A stretch of DNA of 64,000 bases, from NCBI GenBank assembly GCA_043748275.1, contig JAYTNO010000198.1:16008-80007 (forward strand), given 5' to 3'. The stretch comes from Flavobacterium sp. (GTDB taxonomy: Bacteria; Bacteroidota; Bacteroidia; Flavobacteriales; Flavobacteriaceae). Shown here piece after piece: positions 1-10,710 of this stretch. The number at the start of each line of letters is the position of its first letter. Position 1 is the stretch's first letter. The translations under genes were made by a program, and so were the position numbers. Below the pieces are notes generated by a model. It was not told the DNA's origin, searched no databases, and saw nothing but the letters and a program-made list of their open reading frames with translations.

Positions 1-2
1 AA

Positions 3-158
3 GATAAATTTGACAATCAAAAAATTAATGAAATAATTCAAAACATAGATTCTAATTTACCTTTAGAATTAATTAACTTTAAATTATCAGAATCAAGAAA
101 AGAATTGATGTTTAAATTAATAACTTTGCGAATTGAAAATCTTCTTAAATTATTATGA
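3..158 (+). CDS. 3' end of a probable HipA-like kinase (partial, runs off the window start)
   Basis: Open frame 3-158 (DKFDNQK...LSESRKELMFKLITLRIENLLKLL*); TGA overlaps the next ATG (ATGA); tail and HIRAN neighbour resemble HipA-family loci. Confidence 0.45.
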   Translation, partial: DKFDNQKINEIIQNIDSNLPLELINFKLSESRKELMFKLITLRIENLLKLL

Positions 159-808
159 AAGCAATAGGAAACATACAGCTTATCTGGCGGCCTGGAAAAG
201 GCAGCAGGAGAATTTCCATTGGCACTATTAAAAAAAACGAGACTGATGGAGTTCGTTTTCAGTATAATAATTTTGGAGTTGAACAAGCAAAAAAGCAAGG
301 TTTTGAACATTATGAAGGCTTTCCTGATACAAAAAAAGTATATACTGAAAATGTATTGCAAATTTTTGGACAAAGATTAATTAAAAGTGAACGAACAGAT
401 TCAAAAGATTTTTATGATTTTTGGAACATAGATGTTAGCAAAACAAAACATAAGTTTTATATGTTGGCGTTTACTCAAGGTCTTTTACCAACTGATAACT
501 TTGAATTTTTAGCAGATTTTAATCCAGTAAAAAATTTATCGTTTATAACCGAAATTACTAACTTAACAGAATCACAAATTAGTTCTGAAAAAGTTATAGT
601 TGGAGATATTTTAAGATATGAATTAGAGCCAGAAAATCAATATGATAAATCCGCAGTAAAAGTATTTAAAGATAATTTATATCTTGGACACATCAAATTT
701 ATTCATTGTAATGTTTTTCATAAAACAAAAAAAATATTTAAACTTCAAGTTCAAGGGATTGAAAAAAATGGTATTTTAAAAAGAGTTTTTGTTAAAGCAA
801 GTTTGTAA
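155..808 (+). CDS. HIRAN-domain protein (HipA-associated type)
   Basis: C-terminal EPENQYDKSAVKVF...LGHI HIRAN-like motif; TQGLLPTDNFEF motif. Confidence 0.7.
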   Translation: MKAIGNIQLIWRPGKGSRRISIGTIKKNETDGVRFQYNNFGVEQAKKQGFEHYEGFPDTKKVYTENVLQIFGQRLIKSERTDSKDFYDFWNIDVSKTKHKFYMLAFTQGLLPTDNFEFLADFNPVKNLSFITEITNLTESQISSEKVIVGDILRYELEPENQYDKSAVKVFKDNLYLGHIKFIHCNVFHKTKKIFKLQVQGIEKNGILKRVFVKASL

Positions 809-928
809 TTAATTACACAACAAGCTTGCCATTGGCACAAGGAATTAAGTTTGATTTGTAGTTAAAGAAGCAGTTTTCCCCAAACGAATTAAATTAGCTC
901 TAATTATAATTAGAATTAAGACAAAATA

Positions 929-962
929 AAAAAACTTGGTAAATATATTTACCAAGTTTTTT
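929..962. terminator. Bidirectional intrinsic terminator
   Basis: AAAAAACTTGGTAAAT-AT-ATTTACCAAGTTTTTT between convergent genes. Confidence 0.75.
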
Positions 963-986
963 ATTTTAATTAAATTATAAAAAATA

Positions 987-2861
987 TTATTTTTTAATAA
1001 ACTGCAATTTATATTCTTTAATACTAGATTTTAAAATAGCTATGTATGTTCCAGATTGTAGGTTTGAAATATCGGTTTTTATTTCTTTATCTTTGTCATT
1101 AATCTTATAGATTGCTACAGATTGACCCAATAAGTTGTAAATTTCAATTTTATAAGGTATTTCTTTGTTTTCAAGTTCAAAATTAAAAGTTACTTTACTC
1201 TCTGATGGATTTGGAAATACCTTAAATATAGGTTTTTTTGAATTTACAAGTACTTGTCTTAAAGCAGCACCAGTTCCAGTTGTAATACTTGTTGAGAATT
1301 GTTTAAAATTTACAGTTTTTGAATTTTGATCCCAAAATAAATAATCTGTATCTGCATTTAAAGTTGTTGAACCAGTATTTATTCTAATTGAAGTAACAGA
1401 AGGAATGACTTGATTTCCTGGGTAATTAACTGTAGTACATGCGCTTCTATTAACTAAATTGAATGCAGTTGGATTTGTAATAGCTCCTCCAGCACGATAA
1501 GTTTTAGATATAATATCCATTCCAGAAGTTGCACTAGGAGCGTCTTTAGTACTAAATGTAATATTATAGTCGCCAATTCCATTAATACAAGTTATAACAG
1601 GATTTACGGTTATTTTAGACGAATATATTGTTCCTACTAATAAATCAGAACCCGCAACAGGACATATGGTGCCACCAGTTTGAAACCACCAATTGTGCAA
1701 CTTGCTTGTAGTAGTTGGAGCAACATTACATGGAGCTAGTGTTGAGGAGTTACCCATAACAACAGAAAAATCTTTAGATAAATTTGAAGTAGTGCCATTA
1801 GATAATCTTGCCGCAATGCGTGGTTTTCCACCGTATTGTGTTGTAAAATTAGTATTAGTTGTACTTGGTGGATTAGCAAGATAGTTTTCACGAGCACCTT
1901 GCACTACAGTTAAATCCCCAGAAACAGTACTAAAAGTTGATGGGTCAAACCACTGACTTAAAAACACTACAGATACTCCTCTAGTTATTGTACTGCCGGT
2001 ATTAATTGACATTTCACTAAAAGAAACATCTGGATTATAATCTCTTTCAAATAAATGGTTAGTATTAGGACGTTTTACCTGATTACCTGCGTAATTTATA
2101 ATTGTGCTCGTAGGTGAGGCAAAGCTGCCAGAAACAGGCCCAGTTTTATCATCTACATAAATATAAACTTTAGATTCTAATAAGGAGACATTATAAACGA
2201 AATTCTGTGCAGGCGTTGTATTATAGGTTACAGTTAATGTTTGAGCAGGTGTTACTAATCCTTCTTCATGCCATACTAACCCAATACCTGAACCACCATA
2301 TTTAGGAACCGCAATATTTGGGTTTTTTGCTTTTTTTGCAAAATTATTACTAAATGTAGCTTTAAATAAATAAGGTACAAATGTAGTACCGTTATATTTA
2401 TATACATAACCATCAATTCTATTTGTTGTGTTATTTTCAAATACAATTTGAATATATGTTCCGCTTGAGTCAGAAGAAATAGCGACATCAGGATCCAAAC
2501 CTCCAGAAAAAGTTTGTTGAAAAATTGGGCTGCCATTAAAATTACACGATAAATACACTGTAGATGTTAAAGGACTTAAAGCAGTAACATTATCCCAAAC
2601 CATGGCTTGAAATAATTTAGAACCTGCAAAATCAATACATGAATCTGTTCCTGTATTATTAACTCCCAGTTGAATACTTGCGTCATCGGGAATATAATTA
2701 GCTGGAGCGTTAAAATTGGTTCCCGTATAAACACATGCGGCACTATTAACTGTTGATGGTAATGCAACATTGTCAATGGTTGTTGGCTGTGTTAATTGAG
2801 CATTTGAAATATTGCAATAGCTTAATAATGCAAGTGAGAAAACGATTAAGGTTTTTTTCAT
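987..2861 (-). CDS. T9SS type A secreted protein, unknown function
   Basis: Signal peptide MKKTLIVFSLALL; C-terminal FPNPS...YNLLGQ...LQSGTYI...FIKK sorting domain. Confidence 0.85.
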   Translation of the reverse strand: MKKTLIVFSLALLSYCNISNAQLTQPTTIDNVALPSTVNSAACVYTGTNFNAPANYIPDDASIQLGVNNTGTDSCIDFAGSKLFQAMVWDNVTALSPLTSTVYLSCNFNGSPIFQQTFSGGLDPDVAISSDSSGTYIQIVFENNTTNRIDGYVYKYNGTTFVPYLFKATFSNNFAKKAKNPNIAVPKYGGSGIGLVWHEEGLVTPAQTLTVTYNTTPAQNFVYNVSLLESKVYIYVDDKTGPVSGSFASPTSTIINYAGNQVKRPNTNHLFERDYNPDVSFSEMSINTGSTITRGVSVVFLSQWFDPSTFSTVSGDLTVVQGARENYLANPPSTTNTNFTTQYGGKPRIAARLSNGTTSNLSKDFSVVMGNSSTLAPCNVAPTTTSKLHNWWFQTGGTICPVAGSDLLVGTIYSSKITVNPVITCINGIGDYNITFSTKDAPSATSGMDIISKTYRAGGAITNPTAFNLVNRSACTTVNYPGNQVIPSVTSIRINTGSTTLNADTDYLFWDQNSKTVNFKQFSTSITTGTGAALRQVLVNSKKPIFKVFPNPSESKVTFNFELENKEIPYKIEIYNLLGQSVAIYKINDKDKEIKTDISNLQSGTYIAILKSSIKEYKLQFIKK

Positions 2862-2987
2862 ATTTAAAAATTTTAGGTTAGCCATAAAAGTATAAAATAT
2901 TTGTTAAAATAATTGTTTTAAATGTAAACATTATGTTAATTTTTTATTCCTACGTTGATTTTTAACCAAATTTTTTAAATTTGTCAA

Positions 2988-3569
2988 TTACTTCGTTTTC
3001 TTAGTATATTGAGTCAAAATTACAATATGTTGTCCTTCAACACGACCTTCAATTTGTTCAGCATTGTCCCAAACCAATTTGATGTTATGAACCGCAGCAC
3101 CACGTTTTGCAGTAAATGTTGCGCCTTTTACATCTAGGTCTTTTAGCAAAACAACCGAATCACCATCTTTTAAGATATTTCCGTTTGCATCTTTATGAAC
3201 AATTTTTCCGTCTTCATCTTCACCTTCACCAGTAGCAGCTGCCCAAACAAGAGTTTCTTCGTCGAGATACATCATATCTAACAAATCTTGAGGCCAACCT
3301 TCAGAACGCAATCTGTTTAACATTCTCCAAGCAACAACTTGAACAGGTTTATTCTCGTTCCACATACTATCACTCAAACAACGCCAATGATTTGGATCAG
3401 TGGTTGTAGTATTTTCTATTTGACTTTTGCAAACCGAACAAACCAAAACAGAGTTGTCAAGAGATATTGCTTCTTCTTTAGTTAAGTGAATTCTTAAATC
3501 ATCAGGACTGCCGCACAACTCACATTTTGAATGGCTTCGTTCTTGTAATTTTTTGTCTATTACGCTCAT
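2988..3569 (-). CDS. PhnA/YjdM-domain protein
   Basis: CxxC pairs plus C-terminal KDANGNILKDGDSVVLLKDLDVKG. Confidence 0.85.
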   Translation of the reverse strand: MSVIDKKLQERSHSKCELCGSPDDLRIHLTKEEAISLDNSVLVCSVCKSQIENTTTTDPNHWRCLSDSMWNENKPVQVVAWRMLNRLRSEGWPQDLLDMMYLDEETLVWAAATGEGEDEDGKIVHKDANGNILKDGDSVVLLKDLDVKGATFTAKRGAAVHNIKLVWDNAEQIEGRVEGQHIVILTQYTKKTK

Positions 3570-3579
3570 TTAGGGTGTC

Positions 3580-4065
3580 TTATAAATTAAATGACACTCC
3601 GAAATTTGTCATAAATTGGTTGTTAACATCGCTTGCATTTTTATCATATTTGGCTAATGGTAAACCAAATTCTGTAAAAACTCCAAAACCATTGGTGAAA
3701 AAATAACGTGCACCAAGATGTGCGCCAAAGTTTTTCAAACCAATATTCAAACCTGGATAAATATCTAGTTTTTCGTCAATATTGATTACGTTTCCAATAT
3801 TGGCATTAAAACGTAATTTCATATCAAACTTATCTTTGAAAGGAACACCACTAAGTTCTCCTTCTGAAACACCTAAAACATAAGTTGAAGCAACACCAAT
3901 TGACATATTTTCGCCAATTCCGTAATCTCCAGAAACAAAAATTCCGTTAGCGCCACTTTGAAGACTTGCGCCAATTTGAGCTTTAAAATCTCCTTTACCT
4001 TTAAATGCTTGTGCGTTTACAAAACAAGCTGATGATAACAATAAAAGTGTAATAATTTTTTTCAT
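3580..4065 (-). CDS. Small outer-membrane beta-barrel protein
   Basis: Signal peptide, amphipathic strands, terminal FGVSFNL. Confidence 0.75.
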   Translation of the reverse strand: MKKIITLLLLSSACFVNAQAFKGKGDFKAQIGASLQSGANGIFVSGDYGIGENMSIGVASTYVLGVSEGELSGVPFKDKFDMKLRFNANIGNVINIDEKLDIYPGLNIGLKNFGAHLGARYFFTNGFGVFTEFGLPLAKYDKNASDVNNQFMTNFGVSFNL

Positions 4066-4111
4066 GTTTTTAAAATTTAATAATTATTGCGGCAAAAATA
4101 GTTTAATAAAT

Positions 4112-4840
4112 TTAATTTCTGCCTTTTTCATTAGGGTATAAATCTGGTAATGGTTCACTTTGCCAAAATTCTTTAGAGTCAATATCTAAAATTGTCAATG
4201 GTCCTTTGAATGCAGCACCAGTGTCAACATTCCATATGCAAGCTTTATGAACTGGTTTTGTTTCACCTATTTGTGTAACAGGTGTATGACCAATGTAAAT
4301 TTCAGAATACAATTTTAATCGTCTTGGGTATAAAACATTATCTTTTTCAATATTGGAATCCAAGGACAATGCCGTTTCCCAAAGTGTTCGTTCCCAATAA
4401 AACATTCTTGGGAAATATTCATATTTTATACCATTCATATTTGTAAATCCTGCGTGAACAAACAATCTGTTTTGTTCGTCTAAATAATAATTTTCTAGCG
4501 TTTTAAGAAATTCTACGTGTTTGTTTTTGGTTTGCGCACTTACATGAACATAAGCCAAAACAGTAGATTCGCCACCATGATTATACCACAACAAATTGTC
4601 TTTGCTCTCCGAAAGCCAATCAGACAAAAGCTCATCGTGATTACCACGTAAAAAGACACATTTATGAGTAGTTTTTAATGCGATTAAAAAATCTAATACT
4701 TGAGGCGATTGACTCCAACCATCAACATAATCCCCAAGAAAAATAAGTTTATCGTTAGTTGTAACTTTTGCTCTTTCAAAAATTTGATGCAAGGCACGCA
4801 ATCCGCCGTGAATGTCTCCTATAACAAGTGTTCTACTCAT
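4112..4840 (-). CDS. Metallophosphoesterase (Ser/Thr phosphatase family)
   Basis: GDIHG, GDYVD, RGNHD, HAG, GHT motifs. Confidence 0.9.
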   Translation of the reverse strand: MSRTLVIGDIHGGLRALHQIFERAKVTTNDKLIFLGDYVDGWSQSPQVLDFLIALKTTHKCVFLRGNHDELLSDWLSESKDNLLWYNHGGESTVLAYVHVSAQTKNKHVEFLKTLENYYLDEQNRLFVHAGFTNMNGIKYEYFPRMFYWERTLWETALSLDSNIEKDNVLYPRRLKLYSEIYIGHTPVTQIGETKPVHKACIWNVDTGAAFKGPLTILDIDSKEFWQSEPLPDLYPNEKGRN

Positions 4841-4854
4841 ATTTTTTATGTAAA

Positions 4855-5997
4855 CTATTGTACGTCATATTTCATTTTTCGTAAAACTCTGAGCGCTTCT
4901 TTGAATGCCAAATATACAATTGGAAATGGTTTTAAAAACGCTTTGGCATCTATCAGTTTTTGTTTTGCTTCTTCAAATCCGTTAAGGTGACAAATCATAA
5001 GTGTATGCGGTAAATTTTCTAAATCTTTTTTTTCTCTATTATTCAAAGAAAGTCCTTTTTGTAATTTTGAAATTAATGACAAATTGGAGTTATAAATATG
5101 AAACAGCATTTTTTTGTTGAATTCTGGTGGCTCAAAAAGCATTTCTCGATCTATTTTATAATACCCATTATCGTAAAAGAAAATAGTTTGTTTCTCAAGT
5201 GGATAATAACTTGTTTTGTCATTCAATCCCAATAAAACATATTCTGTAATAGTGAAGCTTTTATCGTCATAAGTAATGGTAACATCGTCTTGAGCAGAAT
5301 AAAACAATTTGATTTGTTCATTTACTAGTTCAATATCTACTCTAGAAAGTAAGGTTTTGTCTCGTGATTTTTTAGGAATTCCAGCCCAACAAATTACAAA
5401 TAATTCTTTAAAAACTTTATATTTTGAAGCCATGTCTTTATGACGAAAATTCATAAAATCTATAACTCCATCTAATGTATATTCGATGCTATTTCTAGAA
5501 TTATTTTCAATACCGATTACGGTTTCTGAATTTTGATAATTTTTTTCAAAATCAACAGAATCTATAGGGACAGTATTACTTCCGCGTCTTATAAAAACAC
5601 TATTGGTAAGAATTGTATGGATGCCTTTTTTGAAAAACGAGGCTTTTTTTTTGGGTTTTATTGTCACCAATCCTACTACTTTGTCTTTTGGCAAAATAGG
5701 AAACGGAACATTTTCATATTGAATCTTAGGAGGATTTTCTAAATAGGCATTTACAAGATTTTGAATTCTACTATCGTCAAAAAAATCGTCACCTACAATC
5801 TCATTATCAAAATCTTCAACACCAACAACGATATACGAATTATTGATTGGATTAGAATTTGACAAAGCACAAATGTGTTTCAAAAATTTTGCTTTTCCTT
5901 CTCTTGAATGTAAATTTAGTTGGCGTTTTTTATCATAAAAACTACACTCATCATTGTGAGCGAGTAAATTTTTTATAAGCAAACGCTTGTTTATCAT
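4855..5997 (-). CDS. AlbA_2/Schlafen-domain protein
   Basis: N-terminal E..FYDKK...KHICALSNS...YIVVGVED pattern. Confidence 0.7.
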   Translation of the reverse strand: MINKRLLIKNLLAHNDECSFYDKKRQLNLHSREGKAKFLKHICALSNSNPINNSYIVVGVEDFDNEIVGDDFFDDSRIQNLVNAYLENPPKIQYENVPFPILPKDKVVGLVTIKPKKKASFFKKGIHTILTNSVFIRRGSNTVPIDSVDFEKNYQNSETVIGIENNSRNSIEYTLDGVIDFMNFRHKDMASKYKVFKELFVICWAGIPKKSRDKTLLSRVDIELVNEQIKLFYSAQDDVTITYDDKSFTITEYVLLGLNDKTSYYPLEKQTIFFYDNGYYKIDREMLFEPPEFNKKMLFHIYNSNLSLISKLQKGLSLNNREKKDLENLPHTLMICHLNGFEEAKQKLIDAKAFLKPFPIVYLAFKEALRVLRKMKYDVQ

Positions 5998-6012
5998 TTG
6001 ATTAAAAATTTA

Positions 6013-6885
6013 TTAAGGAACGTTTTTACCAATGCTTTCTTCCCAAAAAGCAAACCAATCTTCTAGCGATAATTCTATAGTTGTTGCTTTCATCAATTGA
6101 GCTATTCTTGTGGCATCAGCAGTACCACAAACGGGTAATATTCCTGCAGGATGTTTCAAAATCCAAGCTAAAAGTAAGACATCTTTGGGTAAATTATATT
6201 TTTCAGAAAACGGGGTCAATAATTTTTGAATACGCTCAGATTGATGAATTGAATCTTTAAAAACAGTACCCAACGGATTCCAAGCCATTGGTGTTATTTT
6301 ATGAGTTTGCATATAATCAAGACTTCCGTCAAGCATGGCCTCAAGATGTGAAACAGAAAACTGTATTTGATTATAATTGATTTTGGTTTTGGTTTGAATC
6401 AAATCACACTGAGAATTGGTGAAATTTGAAACACCAAAATCTAATATTTTACCTTCAGTGATCAATTGAGAAATGGCTTCAGAAATCTCATCAGCATGCA
6501 TTAAAGGACTTGGTCTGTGCAACAAAAGCAAATCAAGATAATCTGTTTTCAAATTCAATAACGATTCTTCAACAGACCAAATAATATGAGATTTTGAATA
6601 ATCATAATGCTTAATTTTTGTGGTTCTATTGTCAGATTGCATTTGAATGCCGCATTTAGAAATCAACTGAATGTTTTCTCTAGCAATTTGGCTTTCTTTA
6701 AAAGCAGCACCAAAACTAGCTTCGGTTGTATACCCACCATAAATATCTGCATGGTCAAAAGTGGAAATACCATTTTCAAGACAAGTATTCATCAAAGTAA
6801 TCATTTGATTTGTGTTGAGGTTTTTGCCCCAAACTCCCCAAGTCATCGTTCCGGCAATTATTCTAGAAAAAGGTTTTTTCTGCAT
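6013..6885 (-). CDS. Aldo/keto reductase (YdhF-like)
   Basis: FDHADIYG, LDLLLLHRP, GVSNF motifs. Confidence 0.9.
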   Translation of the reverse strand: MQKKPFSRIIAGTMTWGVWGKNLNTNQMITLMNTCLENGISTFDHADIYGGYTTEASFGAAFKESQIARENIQLISKCGIQMQSDNRTTKIKHYDYSKSHIIWSVEESLLNLKTDYLDLLLLHRPSPLMHADEISEAISQLITEGKILDFGVSNFTNSQCDLIQTKTKINYNQIQFSVSHLEAMLDGSLDYMQTHKITPMAWNPLGTVFKDSIHQSERIQKLLTPFSEKYNLPKDVLLLAWILKHPAGILPVCGTADATRIAQLMKATTIELSLEDWFAFWEESIGKNVP

Positions 6886-7091
6886 TTAAAATTTATATAA
6901 AAAAGGTTAAATAAAAGTCAAAAATAAAGTATCATTTTCAAAGTTCTTAAAAAAATAAAAATACTATCACAAATCATCCTTAAAATTGAGTGTTTATAAT
7001 AAGTTTTAACCATTTTTTAACATCTTACTTCTAAAAAAAAATTCAATTTGCACCACCTAAATAAAGGAACTCACTTTATAGTACTAAAAAT

Positions 7092-8102
7092 ATGGAAATG
7101 GAAGAAAATACCACAACTCTAGACATTAGAGCGATTAATGAAAAGATTGAAAGAGAAAGTGCTTTTATCGATTTGCTTACAATGGAAATGAATAAAGTTA
7201 TTGTAGGACAAAAGCATATGATAGAACGATTGTTAATAGGACTTTTAGGTCAAGGACACATTTTACTTGAAGGTGTTCCTGGATTGGCAAAAACTTTGGC
7301 AATAAATACTTTGTCACAAGCCGTTCACGGAAGTTTTAGCCGTATACAATTTACACCAGATTTATTGCCTGCAGATGTTGTAGGAACTATGATTTATAAC
7401 ATCAAGGCCAATGAGTTTTCAATTAAAAAAGGACCCATTTTTGCCAACTTCGTCCTTGCGGATGAGATAAACCGTGCTCCGGCCAAAGTACAATCGGCAT
7501 TATTAGAAGCTATGCAGGAAAAACAAGTGACTATTGGCGACACCACTTTCAAACTAGACCGACCTTTTTTGGTTTTAGCTACTCAAAATCCTATCGAGCA
7601 AGAAGGAACATATCCTTTGCCAGAAGCACAAGTCGATCGTTTTATGCTGAAAACCGTTATCGATTATCCAAAAATGGACGAAGAACGAATGGTTATTCGC
7701 CAAAATCTGAAAGGTGCTTATGAAAAAGTTAATCAAGTAGTTTCAATAGAGCAAATTCTTCGTGCTCAAGAAGCCGTTCGAGAAGTGTATATGGACGAAA
7801 AAATCGAAAAATATATTCTTGATATTGTTTTTGCAACTCGTTACCCAGAAAAATATAAACTAGAAAGTTTAAAACCATTAATAAGTTTCGGAGCTTCACC
7901 TCGTGGTAGTATAAATTTGGCAAATGCTGCAAAATGTTATGCATTTATTAAACGTCGTGGATATGTAATTCCAGAAGATGTTCGTGCAGTTGTTCACGAT
8001 GTATTGCGTCACAGAATAGGAATTACTTATGAAGCCGAAGCAGAAAACATAACTTCTGTTGAGATTATAAACAAAATTATAAACGAAGTAGAAGTGCCTT
8101 AA
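7092..8102 (+). CDS. moxR: MoxR-family AAA+ ATPase
   Basis: Walker A GVPGLAKT, DEINRA, ATQNPIEQEGTYPLPEAQ.DRF. Confidence 0.95.
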   Translation: MEMEENTTTLDIRAINEKIERESAFIDLLTMEMNKVIVGQKHMIERLLIGLLGQGHILLEGVPGLAKTLAINTLSQAVHGSFSRIQFTPDLLPADVVGTMIYNIKANEFSIKKGPIFANFVLADEINRAPAKVQSALLEAMQEKQVTIGDTTFKLDRPFLVLATQNPIEQEGTYPLPEAQVDRFMLKTVIDYPKMDEERMVIRQNLKGAYEKVNQVVSIEQILRAQEAVREVYMDEKIEKYILDIVFATRYPEKYKLESLKPLISFGASPRGSINLANAAKCYAFIKRRGYVIPEDVRAVVHDVLRHRIGITYEAEAENITSVEIINKIINEVEVP

Positions 8103-8130
8103 AAGAAGCAAAGATATAAGCAATTAAATT

Positions 8131-8160
8131 CTATTGCCTATTGCCTATTGCCTATTGCCT
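8131..8160. repeat. Tandem heptamer (CTATTGC)x4
   Basis: ctattgc repeated four times in the intergenic region. Confidence 0.8.
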
Positions 8161-8167
8161 TTATAAA

Positions 8168-9031
8168 ATGGATACAAAAGAATTACTCAAAAAAGTACGT
8201 AAAATAGAAATTAAAACCCGAAGATTGAGTGATCATATCTTTTCGGGTGAATATCATACTTCTTTTAAAGGTCGCGGAATGACATTCTCGGAAGTGCGTC
8301 CATACCAATATGGGGATGATATACGTGCAATTGATTGGAATGTAACCGCAAGATACAACGAAGCTCATGTAAAAGTTTTTGAAGAAGAACGTGAATTGAC
8401 CATGATGCTAATGGTTGATATTTCGGGATCAGAAAGTTTTGGAACTAAAAATCAATTCAAAAAAGATATCGTTACAGAAATTGCTGCAACCATGGCTTTT
8501 TCTGCAACTCAAAACAATGATAAGATAGGTTTGATTTTATTTTCTGATCAAATCGAATTGTATATTCCACCAAAAAAAGGTCGTTCGCACGTATTGCGCA
8601 TCATTCGCGAATTGATAGAATTTGAACCCAAAAGTAACAAAACAGATATTGCTCAAGCATTAAAGTTTTTGTCTGGAACTCAAAAAAAGAAAGCAATTGT
8701 ATTTGTGATATCAGATTTTATGGCGGAAGATTACGAACAAACCTTGAAAATAGCATCAAAAAAACATGACATAACCGGAATTCGAGTATATGATATTCGT
8801 GAAGAAAAAATGCCAAATATTGGTATGGTTTCAATGCTTGATGCAGAAACGGGAATGACACAAGTAATAAATACTGGTTCAAAATCGGTCAGATTAAGTT
8901 ATGAGAAATACTATCAGGATAAAATTAATTATTTTAAAGAAACTTTTAGTAAATCTGGGTCTGGAGTTGTAAACACAAGAGTTGACGAGAGTTATGTTAC
9001 AAAATTATTAGGTTATTTTAAATCGAGATAA
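8168..9031 (+). CDS. DUF58 (vWA-like) protein
   Basis: FSEVRPYQYGDDIRAIDWNVTAR; follows moxR. Confidence 0.9.
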   Translation: MDTKELLKKVRKIEIKTRRLSDHIFSGEYHTSFKGRGMTFSEVRPYQYGDDIRAIDWNVTARYNEAHVKVFEEERELTMMLMVDISGSESFGTKNQFKKDIVTEIAATMAFSATQNNDKIGLILFSDQIELYIPPKKGRSHVLRIIRELIEFEPKSNKTDIAQALKFLSGTQKKKAIVFVISDFMAEDYEQTLKIASKKHDITGIRVYDIREEKMPNIGMVSMLDAETGMTQVINTGSKSVRLSYEKYYQDKINYFKETFSKSGSGVVNTRVDESYVTKLLGYFKSR

Positions 9032-9081
9032 GATAAAATCTAAAATCGTTAATCAAAAATCAAAAGTTTTTAAATTATAAA

Positions 9082-10710
9082 ATGAATTTCAAACTATATA
9101 TATTATTACTATTTACAACAACTGTTTTTGCACAACAAAAGCAAGTTATAACAAGTATTGATACTACTAAAAATAAAATTGGAGCCGAATTTAAGGTGAC
9201 TATAAAAACTTCGGTTGACACTTTATCAAAAGTGGTTTTTCCAAACTTGAAAAACTTTGGTGCTCTTGAGGTTATACAATCCTATCCGATTGATACTGTA
9301 AAAAACAACAATCGATATGAGCTGGTAAAAAAATACGGGTTAACTCAATTTGATTCAGGAAAATATACAATTCCTTCAATCAAAATTTTAATCAACAATA
9401 CACCTTTTTTAACCGATAGTATTCCAGTTGAAGTTTCAAATGTAGTTGTAGATACTCTTAAACAAAAAATGTACGACATCAAACCAATTGCCGAAGTTAC
9501 TTCGAGCAAAAGTTGGATATGGAAATTGTTGCTTGTTTTGCTATTATTGGCAGGAATTGGTGCTTTTGTATATTGGTTTCTAAAAAAACGTCAAACCAAG
9601 AAAATCGAAGAAGATTTATTTAAAACTCCTATTGAAAAAGCAACCAATTTGCTTAATAAATTAGAGAAAAAAGAACTTTGGCAAAAAGGCGAAATCAAAG
9701 CCTATTATAGCGAATTGACCGATATTGCAAGAAATTATATCGAAGAAGCCATAGATATTCCAGCAATGGAAAGCACCACATCAGAATTAATTGAAGGTTT
9801 GCGTATTACATCTCAGAAGAAAAAAATGGGACTTTCGCAAGAAACGATTGAAAATTTGGAACGTGTTTTGAAACAAGCCGATTTAGTAAAATTTGCGAAA
9901 TCAAAACCACTAGATTTTGAAATTACCGAGGATAGAAAGAAAATAGAAAAAGCTATTATTACTCTAGACAAATCAATTCCTGTTGTAATAGAAAACCAAG
10001 AAGAACTTTTGTTAAATGAGTTGCAACGACAAGAACAATTGAAATTGCAATTACAAAAAAAGAGAAAAAATAGAATTCTAACAGCACTAGGATTTGTACT
10101 TGGAGCAATTTTAGGAATCTTACTTTTCTTTATTGTAACAAAAGGATTTGATTTTGTAAAAGACACCATATTAGGCAATCAGTCAAAAGAATTATTGGAA
10201 GGCGAATGGGTGTATAGCGAATACGGAAATCCAAGTGTAAAGATAGAAACCCCAAAAGTTTTACATAGAATTGATATTTCGAAATCACTTCCAAAAGAAG
10301 GAATGGCGTTGATCAAAGAAATGCAATCCTTTGCTTATGGAACTTTATTAGACAACCTTTATATTATGGTTTCTACCATAAAATATAAGCAAAATGGCGA
10401 ACTTGATTTATCTAAATCAATTGAGGGTTCAATTCAAGGTATTGAAGCACAAGGTGCCCAAAATATGATTGTAAAACAAGATGAGTTTTTGACTAAAGAA
10501 GGTATAAAAGGATTGAAAGGATACGGTACTTTTTCTAAAATTGATAATATTACAAAAAGTAGCACCAAGATTTATTATGAGATTTTACTTTTTAGTCAAG
10601 AAGGCGGTTTACAACAAATAATGATGATGCACAAAGAAGGTGATCAATATGCCAATCAAATATCGGAACGAATTTTAAACTCGGTCGAACTTAAAAAAGT
10701 ATCTGAATAA
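9082..10710 (+). CDS. Bat-operon membrane protein
   Basis: Signal peptide, TM helices, ADLVKFAK motif, position upstream of batA. Confidence 0.75.
   Translation: MNFKLYILLLFTTTVFAQQKQVITSIDTTKNKIGAEFKVTIKTSVDTLSKVVFPNLKNFGALEVIQSYPIDTVKNNNRYELVKKYGLTQFDSGKYTIPSIKILINNTPFLTDSIPVEVSNVVVDTLKQKMYDIKPIAEVTSSKSWIWKLLLVLLLLAGIGAFVYWFLKKRQTKKIEEDLFKTPIEKATNLLNKLEKKELWQKGEIKAYYSELTDIARNYIEEAIDIPAMESTTSELIEGLRITSQKKKMGLSQETIENLERVLKQADLVKFAKSKPLDFEITEDRKKIEKAIITLDKSIPVVIENQEELLLNELQRQEQLKLQLQKKRKNRILTALGFVLGAILGILLFFIVTKGFDFVKDTILGNQSKELLEGEWVYSEYGNPSVKIETPKVLHRIDISKSLPKEGMALIKEMQSFAYGTLLDNLYIMVSTIKYKQNGELDLSKSIEGSIQGIEAQGAQNMIVKQDEFLTKEGIKGLKGYGTFSKIDNITKSSTKIYYEILLFSQEGGLQQIMMMHKEGDQYANQISERILNSVELKKVSE

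Noticed and set aside
815-900. Possible degenerate attC-like site after the HIRAN gene (ACACAAC)
   Set aside because: No matching right arm or GTT box with the 1/5-nt geometry.
4855-5997. Schlafen/AlbA_2 protein as a defence system
   Set aside because: Sits in an ordinary host gene run with no mobility or defence neighbours; nothing in the sequence supports more.
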